From a virus (lineage: Duplodnaviria; Caudoviricetes): a stretch of 50,718 bases of DNA. The notes beneath the pieces are model-generated. The model worked only from the letters and a program-made list of their open reading frames with translations. It was not told the DNA's origin and did no database searches. Within the stretch, counting starts at the first letter, position 1. Every line of letters starts with the position of its first letter. Shown here piece after piece: positions 36,128 through 46,419 of this stretch. The stretch spans positions 1-50,718 of IMG/VR virus record IMGVR_UViG_3300033153_006571; one strand, 5' to 3'. A program made the translations under genes and the position numbers.

Positions 36128-36841
36128 ATGAATGCGATATTGATAGGTTATGGTGAAGTTGGAAAAGGAATATATGGAGTTTTTGCACCGCATCACAATA
36201 TAGATTTATATGATGTGAATGGTTATATTAATAAAAAGCATTGTAAAATATATGATGTAATGCTTATATGTATTCCGTATTCCAAGGATTTTATTAAGAT
36301 TGTAAAGGATTATCAGAAACAATTTAATCCCAAAGCGACTGTTATTTTTAGTACTGTGGCAATAGGAACAACATCGCAAATAGAAAATGCCGTACATTCA
36401 CCGATTGAAGGGAAACACAATGATAAAACCATTCATATGGCAGATTATTTAAAGGAATGGAAATTCCTTATGGGAGGTTATAACGAAACCGTAAATGAGT
36501 TTTCCAAGGAAGCCGGTAACTTTGCATATATAGTAAAAAAGCCTGAACATACGGAAGCATTGAAGTTGTTGTCAACTACTTTTTATGGTGTAATGATTGA
36601 ATATACAAGATACGCAAAACAAGTATGTGATGACATTGATATGAATTTTAATGATTATAAGGGGTACAATCTTTGCTATAATGCATTGTATAAGGCTTTG
36701 GGAGGCGGAAAATACACAAGGCCGATACTTGACCCGCCAGAAGGTAAAATTGGCGGGCATTGTGTTGTGCCAAACGCAAAGATACTTAACGAACAATATC
36801 CAAATGAATTAGTAGAGCAGGTGATAAAATGGAACTCATAA
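36128..36841 (+). CDS. UDP-sugar dehydrogenase-like protein (short)
   Basis: IGYGEVG, STVAIGTT, EALKL and IGGHCVVPN motifs. Confidence 0.75.
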   Translation: MNAILIGYGEVGKGIYGVFAPHHNIDLYDVNGYINKKHCKIYDVMLICIPYSKDFIKIVKDYQKQFNPKATVIFSTVAIGTTSQIENAVHSPIEGKHNDKTIHMADYLKEWKFLMGGYNETVNEFSKEAGNFAYIVKKPEHTEALKLLSTTFYGVMIEYTRYAKQVCDDIDMNFNDYKGYNLCYNALYKALGGGKYTRPILDPPEGKIGGHCVVPNAKILNEQYPNELVEQVIKWNS

Positions 36842-36980
36842 TATCTACAATATCCATATGCTTGTCTGTATTTAATCTTTTAGTGGTTACAGGCGTTATT
36901 ATAGTTAAGAAGCCTGCTAAAGACAAATACAAAGAATTTAGAGACCCAGTAACAGGGTTGCTTGGGAGGAAAAGAAAATA

Positions 36981-37178
36981 ATGGACATAAGATGTTTTAC
37001 ATGCAGCAAAATGTTCGGAGAGCTGAAAAATGGTTCAGTATTAATAACTCCGAGTACTGAGATTGATTTTAATGACAGGCGATTAAACATCGAAATAAAA
37101 TGCCCGAGATGCAAAAAAAAGACTTCAATACTTCTTGATTCCGCAGATTCTACAGGAATTGATGATGATATAATTTAA
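36981..37178 (+). CDS. Com-family zinc-ribbon regulator
   Basis: DIRCFTCSKMFG...IEIKCPRCKK. Confidence 0.7.
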   Translation: MDIRCFTCSKMFGELKNGSVLITPSTEIDFNDRRLNIEIKCPRCKKKTSILLDSADSTGIDDDII

Positions 37179-37187
37179 GAGCCCAAC

Positions 37188-37230
37188 AGAGGCCTATCCA
37201 CATTAACAATGGATGGGCCTCTATTTTTTT
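37188..37230 (+). terminator. Terminator-like hairpin before the portal gene
   Basis: AGAGGCCTATCCA / TGGATGGGCCTCT 13-bp stem followed by ATTTTTTT. Confidence 0.75.
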
Positions 37231-37260
37231 GTGCCAATAAGAAGTAAAGGATGTGATTAT

Positions 37261-39165
37261 ATGCCTTATTCAAAGGCTGAGATTCAGGAACGAGCCTTAA
37301 TGCGCAAAGATTTTATGACGCAAGAAGAGGAGATACGAATAAAAGACTATATTTCAAAACTTAGAAATAATCAAGGCAGTTTGTCATCAATATATGATGA
37401 ATACTCAGAGATAGAGAAATATTACGAGAATGAGCAAGATGAAGTTGTGAACATGCCTAACACTAAAGTAAATATACTTAATGCTAACATAGAAGGACAA
37501 GTATCGATGATGGCAGAGCAGGAAATGGCTATTATGACAAGCGGAGAATCTTCCGAAGACCAAGAATATGCTGAGGACGCAAGAATCGGCCTTGAATGGA
37601 CATTCAAGAAAAATTACTTTAAAAGGCCATTTAAACAATTTGCCAGAAGGTTCATAAAGTTCGGTGTGGGAGATTTTACCGTCCAGTTCAATCCGGATGC
37701 ATTGAATAAATTTGGACTTGTTGAAATATATTCCTTGCCGCTCACTCAGATATTTATAGACGGAAAAATAAAAGACCCTATAAGATATCAAGATGGCGAG
37801 TATGTGGCATTTGCACAATGGATGTCAAAAACTCAATTTAAGGATATTTATGGAGAAGAAAAGGCTAATGCCATTATTTACGGTGACAAAAATTTTCTTG
37901 ACAGTAATAGCATATTCACGCTTGATTCTTCAAGTGAAGATGACGAAGCGGCAACGCTTGTAAAGTTTTGGTCTAGGCACGAAGGGAAATTAAGGTTGGA
38001 GGAATTTTCAGGATGCGGAATGTTGCTATACGATTCACACAAGGGAGATAGCAGAAAAAGCAACCAGAAGGAGTCGGAATACAATCACAAGCCGTATTAC
38101 AAATATGTCGATAATAAATATCCGCTATTTTTAGCTTCTCTTTACGAAAGGGAGGGAAACTTCTGGAGCTTTGGAGATGGCAAGTTGATTCTACCTCTTC
38201 AAAAACTTATAAATGAGCTGTATGACAAAATAAGAATATGCGCAAGGCCAAACCTGATTTTGTATGACATAAATGCTGAAATAGATTTAAGCGACTATGA
38301 CGATAATTCTCTTGAGCCGAGACCATACGACGGGACTACGGGGGATAAGCCTGTTTATGTTGTGGAATGGGGGAGGATAAATGAGTCTTGGTGGCGTTTA
38401 CTAGGTTCTATACAGTCCGAAGTACAGAACATAACAAGGTTTTATAATATTATGACAGGTGGTGGAGGCGACGCAGATTCGGCAACTGAGTCTGCCCTGC
38501 AGCATCAACAAGGAAGCTTGTCTACTGATGACAAGAAAAGCATAATACAAGATACTTTGATAGAAATGTCAACTTATATACTTGGGATTATGATTGAGAA
38601 ATACACCGAAGGAAAATCATTCAGAGTCGGCAAAAATGATAACGATTATAGGTGGATAGATTTCAGGGAAATGAGGGATATCCCAGTAAGGAAGCCCGCT
38701 ACTCAAAACTATATAGACAATTTCAAAAGCAAAAACTCTGACAAGAAAGCACCTAAGTGGGAAATCCTGACCGGAGACGACGGCAAAGCATTAACCAAAA
38801 ACATTGACCTTGACATAGAGATAACGATTGGAGCAGGACTACCGAAAAACAAGGCATTTATAACACGGTTTATGCAGGACATATCTCAACTAGCACTTAT
38901 AGATAAAGACGGCCAACCTAAGCCTGCAGTATTTTGGGATGAATTCAGGAGATTTCTTAAAAAGTTTGTCGGGCTTCCCATAAGCGACAATGAGCTCGAC
39001 AATATAATGAAGCGGCCAATGCCTCAAAACCCTCCAAATATTCCAATGTCTCAGCCTACAGGCGAAATGCAACCATTACAGAGCGCACAAGGGCAGGGGT
39101 TAACTTCAAACAGTAGGCCTACAATGTCTAATTTAGCTAAGATAAGGAGTGGCGCCGGTGGCTGA
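37261..39165 (+). CDS. Portal protein (podovirus-like)
   Basis: About 634 aa, first head gene, SATES motif, Q/P-rich C-terminus. Confidence 0.75.
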   Translation: MPYSKAEIQERALMRKDFMTQEEEIRIKDYISKLRNNQGSLSSIYDEYSEIEKYYENEQDEVVNMPNTKVNILNANIEGQVSMMAEQEMAIMTSGESSEDQEYAEDARIGLEWTFKKNYFKRPFKQFARRFIKFGVGDFTVQFNPDALNKFGLVEIYSLPLTQIFIDGKIKDPIRYQDGEYVAFAQWMSKTQFKDIYGEEKANAIIYGDKNFLDSNSIFTLDSSSEDDEAATLVKFWSRHEGKLRLEEFSGCGMLLYDSHKGDSRKSNQKESEYNHKPYYKYVDNKYPLFLASLYEREGNFWSFGDGKLILPLQKLINELYDKIRICARPNLILYDINAEIDLSDYDDNSLEPRPYDGTTGDKPVYVVEWGRINESWWRLLGSIQSEVQNITRFYNIMTGGGGDADSATESALQHQQGSLSTDDKKSIIQDTLIEMSTYILGIMIEKYTEGKSFRVGKNDNDYRWIDFREMRDIPVRKPATQNYIDNFKSKNSDKKAPKWEILTGDDGKALTKNIDLDIEITIGAGLPKNKAFITRFMQDISQLALIDKDGQPKPAVFWDEFRRFLKKFVGLPISDNELDNIMKRPMPQNPPNIPMSQPTGEMQPLQSAQGQGLTSNSRPTMSNLAKIRSGAGG

Positions 39166-39499
39166 CATTAAAACACATAATAACCTGATAAAAGTTGTAT
39201 TTGATGGCAATAAGCACTTAAAGCATGTAATGAGTTCTAAACAGATAAAAAAGATTACCGTATACGAAAACAGCTATCCATTAACAAGATTGCCAGTATG
39301 CGGTCACTGTGAAAAGCTGGCCTACTGGAATAAAGGCGGGACAGCATATTGCCCTACATGCGGGACGTATACAAAGAAACCAATAACATATGCAACATAT
39401 CTGGCAAGCGGCTATGATATAGACGAAACGACTTGCAGATGGATGTTGCAGCAAGAAAAAGAAAAACGGAAAAAAGCATTGCCAGCATATGGCGAATAG
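39158..39499 (+). CDS. Zinc-ribbon hypothetical protein
   Basis: CGHC...CPTC. Confidence 0.55.
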   Translation: MADIKTHNNLIKVVFDGNKHLKHVMSSKQIKKITVYENSYPLTRLPVCGHCEKLAYWNKGGTAYCPTCGTYTKKPITYATYLASGYDIDETTCRWMLQQEKEKRKKALPAYGE

Positions 39500-39510
39500 G
39501 AGGGAAAAGG

Positions 39511-39867
39511 ATGTTTATACTTAATACAAAAATAGTTGACAATGACTATTCTCGGCTAAATGTAGCTATTCAGCTTATTCCTATTGAAAAATATGAGGGA
39601 TATAATCTCAATGACAATTTCTATGGCGGGAGAGTTCAGTGCATAGGCAAGATGAAAGATTCACCAGTTTTACTTTTGATAAACAATCAAATTGACGGAT
39701 TGCAGGTTGTTGATACTGCAATTAATGAGCTTGAAGATTTAAGCCTAACTGTTCTAAAGAAAATTGCCAAGGGTAGAAAGCTTAAATTAGATTATAGACA
39801 TGCAACAAAGATAGATGTTGTAAAAGCTTTAAAAGAATCATTGCACGAAGTAAAAAAAGCTGCATAG
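39511..39867 (+). CDS. Hypothetical protein
   Basis: AGGAGG RBS; short helical C-terminal domain. Confidence 0.55.
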   Translation: MFILNTKIVDNDYSRLNVAIQLIPIEKYEGYNLNDNFYGGRVQCIGKMKDSPVLLLINNQIDGLQVVDTAINELEDLSLTVLKKIAKGRKLKLDYRHATKIDVVKALKESLHEVKKAA

Positions 39868-39978
39868 AGCTAATCTATGTAATTTCGGGAAGGATACCCG
39901 TAAAAACCTTTTTCGAGTGTTTATGACTAAACGCTTTTTATTATGCCTGAGAAGGTTAAATCGAAAGGAGAAATAACT

Positions 39979-40767
39979 ATGTTGTCAAACATTGATTTGC
40001 AATTATTTGGCGAAGTAGAAAACGAAGAGGTTAATGAAAACACAGACGCAAATAAGGCTGCTGAAAATACAGAAGTAACAGAAGCGAACAAAGATTCAAA
40101 GGAAGTCAATGAATCGAAAGTTTCAGATGCGGAAGTAGACAAGGACAAATATATTCCTAAAGAAGTAGCCTTAAAGTGGAAAAGAAATTCAAGAGAATTG
40201 CAAAGGGAATTACGAAGATTGAAAGAAAGCGAATTTGAGCGTGAGAATAAAAGCCGGCTTGAAAAGATACGTTCTCGTGCCAAAGAAAGAGGCCTTGACG
40301 ATGATGTCGCCGAGATATTCGGCGAAATTGCAGGAGAGCTTATTTCACTTATCCCTAAGCAAGACGCGGAAGAAACTGAAATACTTGAGGATTTTAATGA
40401 TTTTTTGGAAGAGTATCCAGAAGCAAAGAGCTACAAAAAAGAAATAATTGAAAAGGTTAAGCTTTATCGTAAAGCTGACCCTGATTTCACAATCGAGGAT
40501 GCTTACAGGTTAATGTCCCCGAGTAAAAGTACAAGAGAAATGCAGCTTGAAGCAGAACAAAGAGCTGCCATAGCCAGAAGGTCAGGAGATAAGGAGCCGA
40601 CTCCTTCAGTGTCCTCTCAGTCTGGCAGCAAATACCCTTTGACAGATGACGAGAAGCGAATAGTTAAACTGCTTCAGCAAGCACATCCCGAAAAAGGGTG
40701 GACGAATAAAAAGTATTACGAAACAGTAGTAAAACCTAAGAGAGATATTGAAACAAAAATAAGATAA
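39979..40767 (+). CDS. Capsid scaffolding protein
   Basis: MLSNIDLQLFGE start, acidic N-terminus, coiled coil; upstream of capsid genes. Confidence 0.75.
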   Translation: MLSNIDLQLFGEVENEEVNENTDANKAAENTEVTEANKDSKEVNESKVSDAEVDKDKYIPKEVALKWKRNSRELQRELRRLKESEFERENKSRLEKIRSRAKERGLDDDVAEIFGEIAGELISLIPKQDAEETEILEDFNDFLEEYPEAKSYKKEIIEKVKLYRKADPDFTIEDAYRLMSPSKSTREMQLEAEQRAAIARRSGDKEPTPSVSSQSGSKYPLTDDEKRIVKLLQQAHPEKGWTNKKYYETVVKPKRDIETKIR

Positions 40768-40780
40768 GGAGTTGATTTAA

Positions 40781-41344
40781 ATGGCATTTAGACTATTAAA
40801 CGGAGCATTGCAGGGCAAATATTGCCCGTATATACCTTCAAACGCAAGCAGTGATTATCTGCCGGTGTCATCTGATGCAGGCAAGCTGGTAATGGCGTCG
40901 TCAAACACTGTACATGCAATGAGCTCAACGACAATAAGTTTTTTATCAACGGATGGTTCAGTGGTACTGGCTGGAATATTTGTTAAGCCGGAGTATGAGC
41001 TTGACGAATCCAGCTGTTCAACATTCGGTTCTACTTCATGCAAATTGTGGGTACAGCCTATTTTACCAGGGGACATACTGGAAGTCGACTATACGACTGC
41101 AACTTACACAAGCGGCAGTTCCGGGGACTTGCATACAACGAATATCGGTATGTTTTATAGGCCCGGGTTCAGTTCAGATTCGACAAATGTTACTCAGCAG
41201 GCAGTAGGACGTTCATACTTGAATGTATCTACAGGGACAAACGTTTCTGATTGGAGCACAGGAAATGTGTTCAGACTGAATTCGTACTCAACTGTCCATA
41301 AAACCGCAGAAGTAGTGTATGATCCTGGTGTAATAACCAGCTAA
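40781..41344 (+). CDS. Putative capsid decoration protein, Ser/Thr-rich
   Basis: Between scaffold and major capsid genes. Confidence 0.5.
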   Translation: MAFRLLNGALQGKYCPYIPSNASSDYLPVSSDAGKLVMASSNTVHAMSSTTISFLSTDGSVVLAGIFVKPEYELDESSCSTFGSTSCKLWVQPILPGDILEVDYTTATYTSGSSGDLHTTNIGMFYRPGFSSDSTNVTQQAVGRSYLNVSTGTNVSDWSTGNVFRLNSYSTVHKTAEVVYDPGVITS

Positions 41345-41372
41345 ATTTAAATAATGGAGGGAGTTGATTTAT

Positions 41373-42275
41373 ATGGCAGTAACATTAACAAGTGATATAT
41401 CAAGAATGTTAGAAGCAGGAATAACCGAAGTTTTCACCGAAAACTTTGAAGCGTATCCTATTGAATGGCCGGGGTACTGCAAAAAGAAAACTGCTGACAA
41501 AGAAGTCATGAAATATGATAGCATGGGTAATATTTCAGGGGCAAGTATAAAAACAGAAGGAGATAAAATAACCTACAGGGAAATAACCCAAGCATACCAA
41601 ACCACTGTTACCATGAAAACAATCACAAATGGTATTTCTTTTAGCATCGAGGCTAAGTCATATGATTTGTACAAGGGTACTTCCGAGGCCCAGGCTTTGG
41701 AATTGGCAAGGACTATGAGGGAATTTGAGGAAAACAGGGCAATAAGATGGTTTGATAATGCAGAAAGCACAGCTTACAATCTTGCAGACGGCGTTCCATT
41801 GGCATCAAATTCACATCCGCTAATAAATTCAGGATTGCTCAATGAAACATTGGCAACTGCGAGTTCATTAACGGACCCGGAAAATCATAAGACAATGATT
41901 AAGATGTTTGCAGATTTTAAAAACCATGCCGGCGGTCCTATGAAGTTTTATCCGACCGATGGGTTGACACACAGGTATAACATGGCAGATATTGAGGAAA
42001 TTTATTTTTCCGATAAGAAAGCTAATGAGTTCTCTAACACGAAGAATGTACTTCCCACAATTAAGTGGAACTATTCAACTTATTGTTCATCTACTACAGC
42101 ATGGATGATGTGGGATAGAAGGTACGACCATATAAGGCTTGATATGTTCAGGGATGTTTATCACAATGCTTACGAAGATATAAAGGATACATTGAATTTC
42201 TATTACAATACTGTAAGTATGTATGAAACGTATTGCTTGCCGAACGCGGGAATAATTTACAATGCAGGCGCATAG
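41373..42275 (+). CDS. Major capsid protein
   Basis: About 300 aa; KTEG...LARTMREFEE...ADGVPLASNSHP...TTAWMM pattern. Confidence 0.75.
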   Translation: MAVTLTSDISRMLEAGITEVFTENFEAYPIEWPGYCKKKTADKEVMKYDSMGNISGASIKTEGDKITYREITQAYQTTVTMKTITNGISFSIEAKSYDLYKGTSEAQALELARTMREFEENRAIRWFDNAESTAYNLADGVPLASNSHPLINSGLLNETLATASSLTDPENHKTMIKMFADFKNHAGGPMKFYPTDGLTHRYNMADIEEIYFSDKKANEFSNTKNVLPTIKWNYSTYCSSTTAWMMWDRRYDHIRLDMFRDVYHNAYEDIKDTLNFYYNTVSMYETYCLPNAGIIYNAGA

Positions 42276-42485
42276 CGCATTATAAGCATTTGCCTGTTGG
42301 CAATTATTGATATATGTTATGTAATATTTATATATAATGCAAAGGTGTATTAGAGGAATATATCAATAAGCAAACAAATAAACAAAAGTAATAGAACCGA
42401 AAAACTCTTTTACTTTTGTTTAATAACCTAGCCATGGGCGGGGTTAAAATCCCGCCTATAGCTTAAATGAGAGGAGTGATAACAC

Positions 42486-43046
42486 ATGGCTAAAAAATAT
42501 GTACTGGCTAATGGTGCGGATTTTTACGCACAAAATGGCTCAACTGAATTCAAAGTAATAACTTCTACCGGAGATGTTATAGCAGGCAGGGTTATGTATG
42601 GAAATTCTAGTGACAATGTGATTGTAAACAGCTCAGGCGAAATTCTGTATAGGGGATACGATATGAGGGCGGTTCAAACATTGACAAGTGGCTCGGACAG
42701 TACTGATACAGCTATAACAGGGTATGGAATAACTGTATTTCATGGTGACACTGGTTGTAGCCTTTCAATGTCTGCCCCCGTTTATGCAGGAGTCAGAAAA
42801 CAGATAATCTTTACACAGGGGAGCTCCGTTGCAAGGTCTATCAATTCATCTGAAACAACAGGCTCGACGGATAATGATTTAGGCTTTTCGTTTTGGAGCA
42901 CAGCAGCGACAAATAGTTCTGCAATTACACTTTCCACAGGCTCGACACTTGCATGCACAATAAATTTGCTTGGAATATCCACGCAGCAATGGCTATTACT
43001 GCATGAGGATTCTACATTGTCAAACGTGACAATCGCAACAACGTAA
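42486..43046 (+). CDS. Ser/Thr-rich virion protein
   Basis: Follows the capsid gene; very S/T/G-rich; hairpin terminator after the stop. Confidence 0.5.
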   Translation: MAKKYVLANGADFYAQNGSTEFKVITSTGDVIAGRVMYGNSSDNVIVNSSGEILYRGYDMRAVQTLTSGSDSTDTAITGYGITVFHGDTGCSLSMSAPVYAGVRKQIIFTQGSSVARSINSSETTGSTDNDLGFSFWSTAATNSSAITLSTGSTLACTINLLGISTQQWLLLHEDSTLSNVTIATT

Positions 43047-43093
43047 ATAAAGGGGCAGCAATGCCTCTTATCCTTTATTAAGAAGGTGATTTT

Positions 43094-43540
43094 ATGAGAT
43101 TAATAAATTATGCATTAGGAAATTATATATCAACAAGTGGAGACAGGGGTTCTACAATGATTTATGGAACTGTCAGGGCTTCTTCAAATTCAAGCGGAGC
43201 ATGCGCATCTTCTGATGAAGTTTATGTCGATTTTGCCGCACCGGATAACCCAAAGCTTGTTTATCAGGCCTTGCTTTATAATCCTTCAACCTATACTGTT
43301 GACGTACGGTATTATACTTATGAGCCGAGTCTGTCTACTATTGCCACTGACGCATATATGCTTTTAGGCAGCACAAGCATACCTCCTTCAACAGAACAGT
43401 ATACTCCTGGGCTTACTTATGACGAAATGAGCGGGGTGTTCAATCGCACTAATCTTAGGATTGGCTTTAATGCAAATACTACAGGGACAAGCAATTCAAC
43501 TGATGTATTGTATAGAGTTGCGATAAAAGAATGGTATTGA
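43094..43540 (+). CDS. Ser/Thr-rich virion protein
   Basis: Position and composition. Confidence 0.45.
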   Translation: MRLINYALGNYISTSGDRGSTMIYGTVRASSNSSGACASSDEVYVDFAAPDNPKLVYQALLYNPSTYTVDVRYYTYEPSLSTIATDAYMLLGSTSIPPSTEQYTPGLTYDEMSGVFNRTNLRIGFNANTTGTSNSTDVLYRVAIKEWY

Positions 43541-43549
43541 GGTGATATT

Positions 43550-44212
43550 ATGGCAACAGTGATACAATTATTAAATGATATAGATGCAAGATTACCAAAT
43601 TCTTTTACTGAAGAAACCAAACTTGCATGGATGAATGATGTTCAAAGAAAATTAACTAAATATTTTGATGATATAGAAACGGTATATGAATTTGTGGCAT
43701 CATCTTCTATGGCGTATACTTTGTCTACCTCTATACGTATGGACAGGATTACTCATGTATATACAGGAGATTCCACAGCTATAGAGGATATAACTTCAAC
43801 TACTGTTTGGACAGAACATGATTATTTAGGTGCTGATGATGTGCTTGAGGGATATAAATACTATACTCCCACAATAGAACATTACAATACTACCGGGTTT
43901 AATACGGATTTAGGATTATACCCTGAATCAACAGAAGTTAGAGTAGCGAGGGTATTTTACAAAACAAAACTCACGGATTTAACTACGGAGACGTCGGGAT
44001 GTACTCCTCTGTTTGATTCTGAGTATCATGACATATTAAAATATGGAACGCTTGAAATCATAGCAAAGAGTGGCAATGACCCTGACGTAGAGTTAGCCAA
44101 CAACTACTATTCGGACTATTTGGAAATTTTAAAAGAAATTAAAAAAGACGTGGCGCAAAAGAAAATGAAAACACCTAAATTTAAGCTGAGTTATAAAGAA
44201 TGGACGTGGTAA
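43550..44212 (+). CDS. Head-to-tail adaptor
   Basis: LAWMNDVQR...LYP...PLFDSEYHDILKYG pattern. Confidence 0.65.
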   Translation: MATVIQLLNDIDARLPNSFTEETKLAWMNDVQRKLTKYFDDIETVYEFVASSSMAYTLSTSIRMDRITHVYTGDSTAIEDITSTTVWTEHDYLGADDVLEGYKYYTPTIEHYNTTGFNTDLGLYPESTEVRVARVFYKTKLTDLTTETSGCTPLFDSEYHDILKYGTLEIIAKSGNDPDVELANNYYSDYLEILKEIKKDVAQKKMKTPKFKLSYKEWTW

Positions 44213-44213
44213 T

Positions 44214-45614
44214 ATGTATTGGAAGCCTTTAAAATTCAAAACAAGTGTGTATACGAATACTTTTGGCTCAGGCATAAACACATTCTTAACTTCTTTCGAG
44301 ATTCAAGACGGGGAATTGACTGACTGTTTAAATATGTGTTCGGATGATTTACCCGCAATCAGGACAAGAAATGATAGAGTACCTTTATCATCTGGGTTGG
44401 TAACTACAGAAATGAATGGGCTTGGAGAGTATAACAATACTTATATCCACGCGCTGGACGGGAAATATTGGAAATATTTTGATGATTCAAGTAATTGGGT
44501 AAATTTATCATCTTCGTTAAATAGTACAGAAGGATTTTTTGATGAATTTGTTCGCGGAACTGACCGTAGAGTAATTATGATGAATGGCACACAACAAAAA
44601 TACTGGATGAGTTCAGATTCTTCAGCTTTGGATTTTTCTGATACAAACATGCCCTTTACTAAATTGTTTTGTATTCATAAGTCAAGGATGTATGCTTTAG
44701 ATGATAATGATTTATGGTTTTCAGGATTAAATGATCCTACAGATTGGTCTTCTACTGGGGCAGGATATATTAGCATAGTTAATTCTGTAGGGTTGGGAAC
44801 AGCAATAAAGGCATATAATGATCATGTAATTGTATGGAGCGGTAATTCTATGCATGAATTATATGGAACAAATCCGGACAATTATGAATTAAAAGACATA
44901 ACTAATGATGTTGGGTGTGTTGGGCAAAAAACAGTAGCAGAAGTCAAAGGTAGATTGTTTTGGCTTGATTATACAGGAATTTATCTTTATACAGGGGGAC
45001 TTCCTCGTAAAGTATCAGATAAAGTTAAAAAATATATTGATGGCATAAATTGGGCATATGTAAATTTATGTGCAGCAGGTGTAAAAGATAATAAATATTT
45101 TTTATCAATTCCATATAATTCAACAGAATTAAACAGAATTTTGGTATATGACACATATGCAGAAACATGGACAGTACAAAGTGGAAATTTTAATCATTAT
45201 ATCAATATTCAAGATGTTTTATATGGCATGGAAACTACGACTTATAGAGTATGGAATATGGAAAGTACTTTACAAACAGGACAAGATAATAGCACAGATA
45301 TTTCATGGGAATTTGTAACTAAGGCATATAATGATAGAACAATATCTGGGAAAAAGACTTTATCGGATATGTATATGATAACCGAAGGTTCAAGTGGTGC
45401 AACAATAAAAATAGATTATTCCACTAATATAAATTCTACAAATGTAAATGCCTTGTATCCTTCGACAAATGTATCAACGGAAATAAGCTCAACTCAATTA
45501 AATATACCAACTACTGATTTACAAAATATTAATTGGTATAAATTGCAGTTTTCCGGTACTCGACATGTTAAGATACATTCTATTGAAAAAAAATTCAGAG
45601 TAAAAATGAGGTGA
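44214..45614 (+). CDS. Tail nozzle/stabilisation protein (P22 gp10-like)
   Basis: Beta-propeller-like: LWFSGLNDPTDW, VGCVG, GIYLYTG, ILVYD. Confidence 0.7.
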   Translation: MYWKPLKFKTSVYTNTFGSGINTFLTSFEIQDGELTDCLNMCSDDLPAIRTRNDRVPLSSGLVTTEMNGLGEYNNTYIHALDGKYWKYFDDSSNWVNLSSSLNSTEGFFDEFVRGTDRRVIMMNGTQQKYWMSSDSSALDFSDTNMPFTKLFCIHKSRMYALDDNDLWFSGLNDPTDWSSTGAGYISIVNSVGLGTAIKAYNDHVIVWSGNSMHELYGTNPDNYELKDITNDVGCVGQKTVAEVKGRLFWLDYTGIYLYTGGLPRKVSDKVKKYIDGINWAYVNLCAAGVKDNKYFLSIPYNSTELNRILVYDTYAETWTVQSGNFNHYINIQDVLYGMETTTYRVWNMESTLQTGQDNSTDISWEFVTKAYNDRTISGKKTLSDMYMITEGSSGATIKIDYSTNINSTNVNALYPSTNVSTEISSTQLNIPTTDLQNINWYKLQFSGTRHVKIHSIEKKFRVKMR

Positions 45615-45618
45615 TATT

Positions 45619-46176
45619 ATGCCGATAATTAATACACCTTTACCACACTTAAGTGGGGATGCAAAGAAAGACATAATTGAATTGTATGATAATAATATTA
45701 TGCTTCGCAAAGAACTGACTTATTTGTTATCTCATTTGAATCAAGATAATATATACCAAATAATAGGCAATAACGCAGCCGAAATGTGGGACAGGAACGG
45801 TATTAATCCTGCCTTTATCAAATGGTTTAAGAATATGTGCTATAATTCGTCATTTGAGGTATTCGACAGCAGCAGTGTGCCTGAAAGTTGGAGCGGGGGG
45901 GTAAGTAGTCCTGATAGCAATTTTTACGGTTCCTACAGTCTAAAATTAGTACCGACTGAAACATCAACAAGTGGGGCTAATCTAATCAATCCACAATGGT
46001 ATAATGATGTTGCGGTAAAAACAAGGGTGAGTTTCCACAAAAAAGGCGGTGCGGTGAAGATTTCCGTATTGGACGGGGATAATGCAGACACAGCTTACAC
46101 CCTGACGGATGAGAATGGAAATACGGGTACGTATATTGAGTACGCCTATAACGCAAATTGGGAGTCTGCCTCTTAG
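45619..46176 (+). CDS. N-terminal part of tail fibre, ending at an in-frame TAG
   Basis: NSSFE carbohydrate-binding-like start; the same frame stays open after the TAG until 48939. Confidence 0.6.
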   Translation: MPIINTPLPHLSGDAKKDIIELYDNNIMLRKELTYLLSHLNQDNIYQIIGNNAAEMWDRNGINPAFIKWFKNMCYNSSFEVFDSSSVPESWSGGVSSPDSNFYGSYSLKLVPTETSTSGANLINPQWYNDVAVKTRVSFHKKGGAVKISVLDGDNADTAYTLTDENGNTGTYIEYAYNANWESAS

Positions 46177-46419
46177 GATGCTTATATTGACGGTGTAATA
46201 ATAGAGCCGGATTATACAGAGAAATATCCTTCTTCATATACGGATGGCCCGAGAAGTGTTGGTAATGGCTATGGTGAAGCAATAGAAGAATCTTCAAATG
46301 ACTATTATTATCAGACATCACACACATCAGCTCAAGGGAAGCTTATTTTAACAACAACAGGTGATAATGATTATGCGACTATTCCGTCTATAGTAGGAGA
46401 TTTTTCAGAAAACTTTCAA

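Noticed and set aside
46174-46176. Genome-wide TAG recoding
   Set aside because: TAG ends many apparently complete genes (capsid, integrase, sigma factor, cro) and other genes are not fragmented.
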